Shown here piece by piece: positions 13,097 through 24,636 of a stretch of DNA of 64,000 bases. The stretch lies in the NCBI GenBank assembly GCA_038087875.1, contig CM075989.1, positions 18,788,001 through 18,852,000 of the forward strand. The letters run 5' to 3'. This DNA is from Malacoraja senta (Eukaryota). A model generated the notes under the pieces. That model was not told the origin of the DNA. It saw nothing but the letters and a program-made list of their open reading frames with translations, and made no database searches. Both the position numbers and the translations under genes were made by a program. Each line of letters starts with the position of its first letter. The stretch's first letter is position 1.

Positions 13097-14021
13097 ATTA
13101 AATCTTTCCCCTCTCACTTGAAACTTATGTCCCCTGATTCTTGATTCCCCTACTCTGGGTAAAAGACTCTATGATAGAGCTAGTGTGCGGGGATCACTGG
13201 ACGGCATGGGGAAGGGGAAGGGGAAGGGGGCCGAAGGGGCAGTTTCCATGTGTATCTCGAACCTAAACTAAAATCTGCTCCCCCTCATAACAAAGTATAA
13301 CATTTATGTGGTTTTACGGAACGGCAGGTTTGCAGATTTCTGTAATTCTTCATTGTTCAATGATTCCTGCAGATTATCACAGAGAAAGTTTAAAAGAAGA
13401 TCAGCGATAAGCAGAGGGTTGCCAGTTCAATGGTCCGTTGGTTCACAGGTGCTTCATTGCTGTGTTGAACTGCATATGTCCATCTTCCAGAAGCCAAATC
13501 TGATTTCTTCCACTGTGAAATCGCTCCACCAGTGTGCTCATCATAAATGCTAAACCAGCGTCTCACACAACTTTCTCCAGACAATTCTGGAAAGACTGTT
13601 GATAGATTCAGATGGTTTCTCAACAGGTCCACATCATATGAAAGAGTTATCGGTAATGAACTGTTGATATGAATCACAATGATTGCATAAATACCAGGAC
13701 TACAAAATAAGACATTAACTTAACCGACAATGCCTGACCTGAGTCAATTACACACAATTCATTAAGTGCTTTCCAAAGCAAATTCCATCTTTTTTTACCT
13801 CATGCCATTTTTGGTTTGAGTGTTTTAATCTGTCCGTAATGCAATGTGGCATAGCTTACAGACCTGGAACAGAATGAAGGACTTTGTCTGGCCAAGATTC
13901 AGATTCCAGGGCCTGTTGTGTATCATTGAAGCAGAACAGCCTTCCTCTGGTAACCTATTCCCTTTTCTGAAGTCAGATTTTTCTGACTTTTTCTGACCCC
14001 CCCCCCCCCCCCCCCCCACCC

Positions 14022-14300
14022 CACTCACTCTGCAGCAACCCCGACATTATCATCAAACCCACCAACAAGGGAGGTGCTGTGGTAGTCTGGCGTGCTGACC
14101 TCTACCGGGCTGAGGCCAGGCACCAACTCTCAGACACCTCCCCTGGACCATGACCCCGCAGATGAGCACCAGGCTATCATCTCGCAGCCCCTGACTCTCA
14201 GTCTGAAGAAGGGTCTCGACCCGAAACGTCACCTATTCCTTTTCTCCAGAGATGCTGCCTGACCTGCTCTGTTACTCCAGCATTTTGTGTCTATCTTCTG
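14022..14300 (+). mobile_element. Penelope RT N-terminal (DKG) fragment joined to a hammerhead-bearing terminal repeat
   Basis: 14022-14141 reads HSLCSNPDIIIKPTNKGGAVVVWRADLYRAEARHQLSDTS (cf. PLE KPADKGxAVVV); hammerhead core at 14203-14230. Confidence 0.75.
14203..14230 (+). ncRNA. Minimal hammerhead ribozyme motif
   Basis: CUGAAGA-A-GGGU(CUCG)ACCC-GAAAC-GUC. Confidence 0.7.
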
Positions 14301-15981
14301 TTCCTGTCAACGTTCTAACTAAATCATTACTTTTTGGGCAAACCATTCTATAGGCCAGGCTAACGCAAGAAATGTCTATATACACAGGTGCAACCTATAG
14401 CAATTTATAATAACCGGTTACCAGTTTCTTGGATTTTATATAAAATGAAGTCTAAATGTTGTCACCAACCTTCTGAACCTTCTGAATGTTGTAGTCGGCA
14501 GGGCAGTACTCTGCATATCGCCAACTTGGACAATTTTACATTTTTATCAAGCCAATTAACCTACAAACCTGTACGTCTTTGGAGTGCGGGAGGAAACCGA
14601 AGATCTCGGAGAAAACCCACGCAGATCACGGGGAGAACGTACAAACTCCATACGGACAGCGCCCGTAGTCGGGATCGAACCCGGGTCTGTGGCGCTGCAT
14701 TTTGCTGTAAGGCAGCAACTCTACCGCTGTGCCACCGTGACATCTCCATCGTGTTAATATCTTCATTCCATTGCTATTTCTGGGAGATTCAAAGTCTAGT
14801 ATTGACGATAAATATTTAATGACATATTAAAATGCATGACTGAGGTTTTCAATATTCATATTTCTAAACATTTCGTTGTTCTTACATACAATAGATGAAG
14901 ACGGTAAGCTTTTAAGTTAGTTTTATTAATTAATTTTATCCAGGTCTCTTCATACTTCAAGGTCTGTACGGCACAGAAAGAGGCACTTCAGCCCACCTTG
15001 TCCATACTGACCAGGTTGGCGTATTGGGCCATTTGCCTGCATTTGGCCCATGGCCCTCCAAACCTTTGCTATCCATATATCTATTCAAATGTATTTTAAA
15101 AGTCATAATTATATTCGCTCCAAAGCTTTCTCTGGCAACTCATTCCAGACATCAGTTCAGTTAATTTCAGTTCATTTCCATTTGGTTTATTGTCACATGT
15201 ACTGAGGTACAGTGAAAAGCTTTTGTTGGACTACCTTCTGAGTGAAAATGCTGCTCCTGAGGTACCTCTTAGATCTCTCCCGTCTCACCTTAAGCTTATA
15301 CCATTGAGTTTTAGAATGCCATACCCTGGGTAAAAGACTGTGAGCATTCACTTTACCCATGCCCCTCATGGCCTTGTACATCTCATCTAGGTCACCCCTC
15401 AGCTTCCTACACCCCAAAGCAAAATTCCCAGCCTATTCAACCTCTCCCTGTAACTCAAGCCTGTAAAACCTGGTAACATTCCAATGAATCTCATCTGTAC
15501 GCTTTCCAACCTTCTCAAGACCATCTGCATGGTTTTCTCAATTGATATATCAACATTTATTAATGTTTTCATTAATGTTGCAAAAAACAAACGCTATGGG
15601 AATGCTTTGGTGTCAGAATATTGCCTGTCTCTTATAATTTATACATCCTTAAATATAAAAATAAATGTATGTGAAGAGGCTTACTAACATGGTTTGAGTC
15701 ATAGTCAAATGTGCCTTCATCCTATCTACCCCCCTCATGACTTGAGACACCTCTGAAAGATCACTTCTCAGCCTCCTGCTCGAAAAGGAATAAACTCCTA
15801 GCCTGCCCAACCGCTCCCGCTAGCTCAAGGCCTCAAGTTCAAAGAAAATCCTCGTACGTGTTCCAGCTTAATGACACCCTTCCTGTATCAGGGTGACCAA
15901 AACGGGGCATAATACTCCAAATGTGGCCTCACCAATGTCTTGAACAACTGTAACACAATGTCCCAACGTTAGTACTCAGTA

Positions 15982-16078
15982 GGTACACAGAAATGCTGGA
16001 GAAACTCAGCGGGTGCAGCAGCATCTATGGAGCGAAGAAAATAGGTAACGTTTCGGGCCGAAACCCTTCTTCAGATCA
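15982..16078 (-). mobile_element. ~100-bp Penelope terminal-repeat insertion with hammerhead core (16047-16074)
   Basis: 14-bp TSD gttagtactcagta (15968-15981 / 16079-16092); UUCG-loop variant core. Confidence 0.85.
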
Positions 16079-17531
16079 GTTAGTACTCAGTACACTGACT
16101 GATGAGTCCATTTGGCAAAACAAAGTTAGAGTTGGGAGTGATGGTACATTTTTACCCAGTCAACAGTACTTTGTGCATTGGTGAACATTGTTAATAATTA
16201 CAAAGAATGGACAAAGTTTAATTATACCAGATGTATTTTAAATGCTGCTGCATTCCCTGCCTCCTCAGGTAGCCCATTCCACATACCCACCACCGTCTGT
16301 ATGAACAAATTTGGCCTCAAGGTTCACCTGTGGCACAGTGGCAAAGCTGGTAGAGTTGCTGCATCACAGTGCCAGAGATCCGGGTTCGATCCTGACCTCG
16401 GGCGCTGACTGTGTGGAGTTTGCATGTTCTTCTTGTGACCGCGTGCTCCGGTTCCCTCCCACATCCTGGAGGCATGCAGGTTTGTCGGTTAATAAGTTCA
16501 CAAGTTCATCAATGATATGAGCAGAATTAGTGCCATTCAGCCCATCAAGTCTACTCTGCCATTCAATCATGGCAAATCTATCTTTCCCTCTCAACCCCAT
16601 TCTCCTGCCTTCTCCCCATAACCCCTGACACTCGTACTAATCAAGCATTGGACCCAAGTGTGCAGATAGCAGAAGCGAGATAATGTGGAACCGGTGTTAA
16701 TGGGTGATTGATGGTGGGATGCAGACTCTGTGGACTAAAGCTTCCATTCCTGTAACTTTAAACATAAACTAAGCTAAACGTGGACATTTCCAACAAGGTG
16801 GGACACACGAGGAAAGCCAAATCCAGTTCCTGACACTAGTAATCCTTCCTTAAACTTCTTGAATCTCCAAGACTTCCCCTTCCCACCGAGTTGGTGGAAT
16901 GTCTGACAATACCACGAGAAACCATGAGTTCACATTTTTTGTTGAACTCTCTGTTAACGAGAATAAATCTAAGAGCTTCATATCCCTTGCTAGGTAAAAA
17001 CCCAGACCTTTAATTTAAAGATAAAACAGAAAGTGCTGGAGGAACTCAGTAGGTCAGGTAGCTTCTGCGGAGGGAATGGACCAGTGACATTTTGTGTCGG
17101 GACCCTTCTTCAAAGATTCTTTGGGTCCCGACCCGAAATATCGTCTGTCCGTTCCCTCCACAGATGCTGCTGAGTTCCTCCAGAACTTTGTGTTTTACAT
17201 TGGTGTGCTGCTATAATATCAACCCAAAATCAATGATACTGTGTAATAGTATACTGCACTCTGTGGAAATACTAGGGCCAGTTGCACACAGTTTAACATT
17301 GAACAGTGTACCTCTGACTCAGTGTATACAGCACCACAGGAGACCCACTTACACATTCATAGCTTCAAACCCTAGCATGTGCCAGTCACACCGTTCTGAA
17401 TTCCAAAGTTTATAAAAGGAAGCTCACTCATTTCCTCTTGGTTTTTTTCATGACCTTTGTAACTTTGCCTTTCTTCGAAAACACAAGCTGGAGGTTTGCA
17501 AGCAGTGACTGATCAACAGATGTGTTTCTTA

Positions 17532-17996
17532 AGGGGCTGTCCCACTTGGGCGACCTAATCCGCGAGTTCTGGCGAGTTTGCCCTCGACTCATACTCGCAG
17601 CATGGTCGACACCAGGTCGTAGGAGATCTTCGTAACTCTCCTTCATGCTCGAGAGTGGTCTCCGCGTACTCGAGGCCTCAGCTAGGTCGTGGCGTTTTTT
17701 TCAATGTGTTAAAAAAAAGCCCGCGAGTAAAAAAAGGTCGCCATGGATAAAATCGATACTCTTTATACTCGTAAGTTTAGTCGTAGTAGGTCGTAGTAGG
17801 TCGGCATGTTAGTCGTAGGTAATCGAGGGTAGTCGAAGGTAGTCAAAAGTAGTCGTAGATAGTCTTCATCATAGTCGAAGGGAGGTCGAAGCACGTCGTC
17901 TTCACTCTCCACTATTCGGTGTCCAATTTTCCCAAAGTTAGTCGTAGCTAGTCGAAGCTAGTCTTCAACATAGTCGAAGAACTATGTTGAAGACTA
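17532..17996. mobile_element. Truncated CpG-rich PIF/Harbinger-type non-autonomous element
   Basis: Begins TTA|AGGGGCTGTCCCACT, the same terminus type as the MITE at 21239; internal (TAGTCGWAG)-like subrepeats; right TIR not found. Confidence 0.6.
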
Positions 17997-18159
17997 TGTT
18001 GAAATTCTTACTTGCAGCAGCACAATTGATATGTAAACATAGTACTCTGTAAACACCATGCAAAACAACAAAAAAGCTACTGTACATATGGTTAATGTTT
18101 CGTTCATTATGTTCGTTAATGTTTTCATGAATGTTACACCATGGACTGTGGCCATGCTT

Positions 18160-18470
18160 TGTTTAGTTTAGCTTAGAGATACTGCACGAAAACAGGCCCT
18201 TCGGCCCACCGAGTACGAACCGACCAGCGATCCGTTAACACTACCCTACACACACGAGGGACAATTTATACTTATATGAAGCCAATTAACCCACAAACCT
18301 GTACGTCTTTGGAGTGTGGGAGGAAACCGAAGATCTCGGAGAAAACCCACGCGGTCACGGGGAGAACGCACAAACTCCGTACAGACAGCACCCGTAGTCG
18401 GGATCGATCCCGGGTCTCCGGCGCTGCAATCGCTGTAACGCAGCAACGCCACCGCTGCGCCACCGTGCCG
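18160..18470 (-). mobile_element. tRNA-derived V-SINE (HE1-like), full length
   Basis: Head gcggcacggtggcgcagcgg, box B ggatcgatccc, V-domain, CR1-type tail. Confidence 0.88.
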
Positions 18471-19074
18471 CACTTTGGTGTCAGAGGATATCCTGTTTCC
18501 GCAGAGAAGGGGACTAAAATTGTAACAGCACTTAAAGTGCAGTCTTACCAAACTCCTGTACCATCACAGAAAGACATCCCTGCTCATTTTCAATTGTTCA
18601 TGCTATCAAGGCCTAACATACCATTTGCTCTTTCAACCACCAAGCTTCTTCTCAGCAAAGAGTCCACAACAGCATATTTGTCGACATCTTTCAGCATTCG
18701 AATCTGTCTTCCTGTTTTTGCTACCAAAGTGGGTAATCTCATAAAATAACAGGGGCAGGGAGACGCCTGTGGGGCAATAAACCACGACAGGTGGAGATGT
18801 CAAGTCAGTCGGTGCAACTGGTCAGACAGACGGCCTTAGGAGGGTTCATTTCCTTTGAAGAAGCATTGAGAATGTAGCATTGAACTATTATCTGAATGCA
18901 CTTCCATTTCGAAGCAAGGTAATTCATGCAAATACATGCTATGATGAGTGCTAAAATGAAGTCATCTCAGTAGGGGAAATATCACAGGAAAGCGTCAGTG
19001 TTTATGCATAAATTAACATTCAGTACAGATTTATCTAGAGTGCATTGCAAAGGACAAGACACTAATTTCATGGA

Positions 19075-19679
19075 AGGTGGACACAAAATGCTGGAGTAAC
19101 TCAGCGGGACAGGCAGCATATCTGGAGAGAAGGAATGGGTGACGTTTCAAGTCGAGTCCCTTCCTCAGGCTGAATTCAGAAGGGTCTCGACCCGAAACGT
19201 CACCCATTCCTTCTCTCCAGAGATGCTGCCTGTCCCGCTGAGTTACTCCAGTATTTTGTGTCTACCTTCGATTTAAACCAGCATCTGCAGTTCTTTCCTA
19301 CTGATTTCATGGATATGTGTAGGAAGGAACTGCAGATGCTGGCGTAAACTGTGGATAATCACAAAATGCTGGACGAACAGGCCATTGTTGGCTGTGTGCT
19401 GGGTGAAAACAAGTTACAGACAATGTCATCCTGCTGAGTTTCATTGTCTGAAACTCGTTTTCACCAAGCCTACAGCAAAAAATGACCTTTTCCCTTTAAT
19501 CATAGTCAGTTTTTTTGCATATCTTTCATTCATTTGTTCTATATCTCCCTATATCACTGTCTATATCTCTCGTTTCCCTTTCCCCTGAGTCTCAGAAGAA
19601 GGGTCTCACCCTGAAACGTCACCAATTCCTTTTCTCCTGAAATGCTGTCTGACCCGATGAGTTAGTTCAGCTTTTTGTG
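19075..19679. mobile_element. Two adjacent palindromic Penelope terminal-repeat insertions
   Basis: Units 19075-19299 and 19314-19679, delimited by three copies of actRatttcatgga (19061, 19300, 19680). Confidence 0.8.
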
Positions 19680-21238
19680 ACTAATTTCATGGATCTGTCT
19701 CTTGTGAATGGTACGTCAGTAAGTCCGCGTGGATCGGTAAGCTTGAAAATGGGAACATCTCAAGGGAGATAGATTTGCAGGAGCCAGTCTTTCAGTGTAT
19801 TTGCATCGTAGGGATAATTAGGTTATTTTTAAAGAGGATGAACAAAATAAAATGTGACCTCACTGCATTTCTTTTGCAATTCCTTTTGGAGAGGTTTTAT
19901 ATAAATTATAACAAGCATCTTTGGGGAAATCTGCATCCAGCTAAATGAGGCAATAATTAATGTTTAAGTCTGCAGTGTCGAATAACCAAAGGGGGCTTGG
20001 AGCTGGGTTTGATTTCAGACACAGCAACAGTGTTGTGGGATGAAATCAGACTGCTAATGAGTGTACAAAAGCAGACTTCATATTCAATGCAACCATGGCT
20101 AACCAACTTCTCTCTGAGTCAGTTCCCCCAGAGTCCTGAATTTGTCGAATCTTTCAAATATTTAATCTACCTTCTCTATAAACATTGCCTGTCATGTAGT
20201 CTCCGCCACCCCCTAGGGTCAAGAATTCCAGAAATTCACTACTCTTTGCAAGCAATAAATTCTTTAGTTTAGTTTACAGATACAGCATGGAAACAATCCC
20301 TTCGGCCCACTGAGTGCACGCCAACCATCAATCGCCCGTTCACAATAGTTCTATGTTATTCCACTTTCTCATCCACTCCCTACACACTAGGGGCAATTTA
20401 CAGGGGGCCAAATATCCCACAAACAAAAAAAGACTCACGTCTTTGGGATGTGGGAGCAAACTGGGGCATCTGGAGGAAACGCACGCGGTCACAGGGAGAA
20501 CGTGCAAACTCCACACAGACTGCACCCGAGGTCAGGATCAAACCCGGGTCTGGCGCTATGAGGCATACAATACAATACAATACCATGCAATAATACTTTA
20601 TTAGCCAAGTATGTTTTGCAACAAACGAGGAATTTTATTTGCCTAGTCAGTCATACGAATATAAAGCAACAGAACGCACAAAATACATTTTAACATAAAC
20701 ATCCACCACAGTGACTCCTCCACATTCCTCACTGTGATGGAAGGCGAAAAAAAAGTTCAATCTCTTCCCTTCTTTGCACGTTAGATTAATATAGCCACCT
20801 ATTTATTATGTGACTATGTCCCCTTTTTTATGAGACTCTCCCACTAATGGAAACATCTTAACACGTACCCTAAAAAAAAAATCACAACGTTCTGGAGTAA
20901 CTGAGCGGGTCAGGCAGCATCTCTGGAGGTCAAGGATAAGTCTATAGACATCCCAAGCAATTGCCTATCCATGTCCTTCAGAGATGCTGCCTGACCGGCT
21001 GTGTTACACCAGCACTTTGTGGTTTTATTTTGTAAACCAGCATGTGCAGTTTCTCGTGTCAACACCTACCCTGTCATGCCCCCTTAGGATCTTACAGTAT
21101 ATGTTCCAAGATCTCTTTCTTCTCAACTCCAAAGTTGACAGTTCCCATTTACTGCCTTTCCAACAGTGAATAATGCCTCCACTCGACTCTAAACTGGAAC
21201 CATTAGCGTGAATGGTCTTCTTAAAAACACATGTTTTA

Positions 21239-21582
21239 AGGGCCTGTCCCACTGTACGAGGTAATTCAAGAGTTCTCCCGAGTTTTCCCCTGTTTCGAAC
21301 TCGGAGAATGTCCGTAGCGGGTCCGTAGGAGTTTGTGGATGTCCCGTAGCGGCTCGTACAGGTAACGGTAGGTACTCGCGAAATCCGGTAAACTCGTGAC
21401 GTTTTTTCAACTGTGAAAAATGTCCACAAGTAAAAAAATACTCGTGATGAAAAGAATAGTTACTTTTTACTCTTACGAGCCGCTACGGGACATCCACGAA
21501 CTCCTACGGACATTCTCCGAGTTCGAATCTGGGGAAAACTCGGGAGAACTCTTGAATTACCTCGTACAGTGGGTCAGGCCCT
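21239..21582. mobile_element. PIF/Harbinger-type MITE (344 bp)
   Basis: TTA TSD (21236-21238 / 21583-21585); TIRs of ~110 bp starting AGGGCCTGTCCCACTGTACGAGG; no coding capacity. Confidence 0.88.
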
Positions 21583-22289
21583 TTAGAATAAAACTCATTG
21601 AGGCCCCTTGTCTATTGGTTTTCAAGGAATCCACATTGATTTAGCAACTCAAGTCCAGCTCCTTACCCACTCCCCTTCAATGGTCAATGGTCAATAGGTC
21701 CTTTATTGTCACCTATAACCAGATACTGTGAAATTCTTTATTTTGCATGCAATTCAGTAAAATCATACAATATATAAGCACAATCATACCTACGTACAAA
21801 TGTACAAAGCTGGTAGTGCAAGAATAGTAAATTCATCGAGGCAGTATACAAAGAGCTGCCATTTTTCTGGTATCATCTTCTGCCCTTCACGTTTCAAAGT
21901 ACATTCTGTTGTATTTCTTTCCGTGTGGTTAGCTCTCACTTGGGGCTCATGTTGTCGACCTCCCCGTGGTGAGCCCTGTCAACTGACCTCAGTCAGGCGA
22001 ACGACAACAACCAGAGACAGCAGCAGCGTCGCAGCTTGGCGCCAACCCGGAGCATGCGCCCGTTTTAGGGCCGGCACCTACGGATGTCGACCCGGATGGC
22101 ATCACCCTTCTGCGGACTTCTGCTGCCTCAAACGCAAGAAGAAGAAGAAGAAGAAGCTGTCACTTGATTACACAATTATGCATTGGATTGAGATGGTCTA
22201 CACTGACGGACCTGTATAAATGCTTAAGATGCATATCCACCAAAGGCAAGCAATGAGAATTACACTAAATTCCACTAATAACGTCATCA

Positions 22290-23070
22290 GGCAGGAGCTC
22301 GGGAGTGTACACTGAGATAAATTGTTATTGGGTAACTCTACATCTGACCCCTGGGACTCATTTAAAGGCCAGTTGATTGAAGTTCACATCTGGCAAGTTC
22401 TGGTAAGGAGGAAGGGAACCTTGTATGACCAAAGGGGTGGTAAATTTGGTCAAAAAGGAAAAAGGAAGAATGTGCAAGGTTCAATAAGATGGAATCTCAC
22501 CGGGCCTTTGAGTAATATAAAGAAAATAGGAAGGAACTCGTAGGTGATTAAAAGGGCCAAAAGGGGCCACAAAAATGGCTTTGGCAAGTCATATTAAAGA
22601 AAGTCCTAAAGTGTTTTATGCCTATATTAACAACAAGAGGGTAACCAGGAAGAAGGTAGGACCAGGACCACTCATAGATAAAGGTGGGAATTTGTGCTTG
22701 GAGTCTGGGGATGGAGGCGAGGTATTTAGAACAAATATTTGGAACGAGGTGCCAGAGGAAGTAGCTAAGGCAGGTATTTACAGGTGTCAGACGTAATGGG
22801 TAGAATGGGGTTAGGATGGAGATAGATCAGTCATGATTGAATGATGGAATAGACTAGATGGGCCAAATGGCCTAATTCTATTATCACTTATGATTTTATG
22901 ATCTTATGATCTTTATAACATGTAAAAAGTCATTTGGACAACTGCATCAATAGGAAAGGTTTAGAAAGATATGTGCCAACCACAGATTAGCTCAGATGGG
23001 GCATTTTGGTCGGCATGGACAAGTTGGGCTGAAGGGCCTGTTTCTGTGCAGCTTGACTCAATGACTCTTT
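22290..23070 (+). mobile_element. Degenerate CR1 LINE ORF2 and 3' fragments
   Basis: LASHIKESPKVFYAYINNKRVTRKKVGP..LIDKGG (CR1 ORF2 linker), followed by CR1 3' tails. Confidence 0.75.
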
Positions 23071-24327
23071 ATTGTCTTACCAATGGAGTTGTTAAAGACG
23101 CTGTTTATCATTTGTGTCATATTGAAATCAATTCCAAATTATTGATTGAATCCAGATAAAAATGTGTTGGTGGTTGGTAAAGTTACAGTAACACATCGGT
23201 GGAGTTTTATCAGAGGTGTACCACAGGACATTGATTCCACAATGCCCAGGAAGTGTAGCGTGAGAAATGTGTCTTTGACACTGTTTTAGTCAGTGGCTTA
23301 GTTTGGAATGAACATAGTCCCTGAACAGTAATGAATACAGTCTGAAGAAGGACTCAACTCAAAACGTCACCCAGAGATGCTGCCTTTCCCGCTGAGTTAC
23401 TCCAGCATCTTGTGTCTATCTTCGGTGTAAACCAGCATCTGCAGTTCCTTCCGACAGACAATGAATAAATGTGTGATAATGATCAGCGAATGAATCATAT
23501 TTGGAGTGTAACGTGATCTGGCCAAATCTGTACAGTGTCAGTGTGTTTCAGTACACATACAGTAGAACTCAGCAGATGGTGACATCACAGTGTTAACCAA
23601 AGATACTGTTTCTGTTCCCCCACCATCAGTTTATTACCAGGCAGTTTGTGGGCATGTGTTTGTGGGCAGAATTGCAGTAACAAAGATATGATTATCTTGA
23701 ATTATTTTGTTGCAAGAGCCCTCCTTTATCTATGAGTGGTCCTGGTCCAACCTTATTTATTTATTTATTTATTATTTATTTATTTATTTGTTTATTTATT
23801 TGTTCCGAACAAGTAAAGACATAAATAGGAATAAATAACAACCACAAAATCGAAATAGTCAAACATTGGACATTCCAGGCAATATTTGCAAAGCAATGAA
23901 AAGCATAATGCAACATTTAAATGTCCAACACTTTTTCTTTACAAGCTCGAAAAGGAGTGAGAAGAAGAATAACTTATTTAATCTCATCCCTTCTCCCTAA
24001 ACCCTTCTTCCATATTTAATAAATAATTAATTGATAATAATAATACCCCAGACAATTTTTAGAGATACATACAGACATATATATGCATACAACTGATATA
24101 CACATACAAGTAATACGTATGAAGTAACTAAAAGACATAAATAAATAATAAATAAAATAATAAATAAACATTAACCCCTGTTTGTCAACCATCCCCTTCA
24201 TCCCTGTACCTTGTGAAACAAAGTTTTCTTCCTGGTTACCCTCTTGTTGTTAATATAGGCATAAAAAGCTTTGGGATTTTCTTTAATATGACTTGCCAAA
24301 GCCATTTTTATTGCAAGAGCCAAGAAA

Positions 24328-24636
24328 GGGCGGCACGCTGGCGCAGCGGTAGAGTTGCTGCCTTACAGCGCCAGAGACCCAGGTTCGATCCTGACTATGG
24401 GTGCTGTCTGTGCAGGCTTTGTACATTCTCCCTGTGACCTGCGTGGGTTTTCTCCCTGTGCTCCTGTTTCCTCCCACACTTCCAAAGACGTTTGTAGGTT
24501 AATTGGCTTTGTTAAAATTGTAAATTGTCCCTAGTGTGTAGAATTGTGCTAGTATATGGGAATTGCTGGTCGGTGTGGACTCAGTGGGCCGAAGGGCCTG
24601 TTTCCACGTTGTATCTCTGAACTAAACAAAACTAAA
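24328..24636 (+). mobile_element. tRNA-derived V-SINE (HE1-like), full length
   Basis: gggcggcacgctggcgcagcggtagag..ggttcgatcctg..V-domain..tail. Other copies near 14525, 16330, 20263, 24936, 37895, 45040, 48298, 53055, 54170, 58235. Confidence 0.88.

Noticed and set aside
24328..24400. tRNA genes at SINE heads
   Set aside because: Box A/B heads run directly into the V-domain and CR1 tail; no complete cloverleaf evident.
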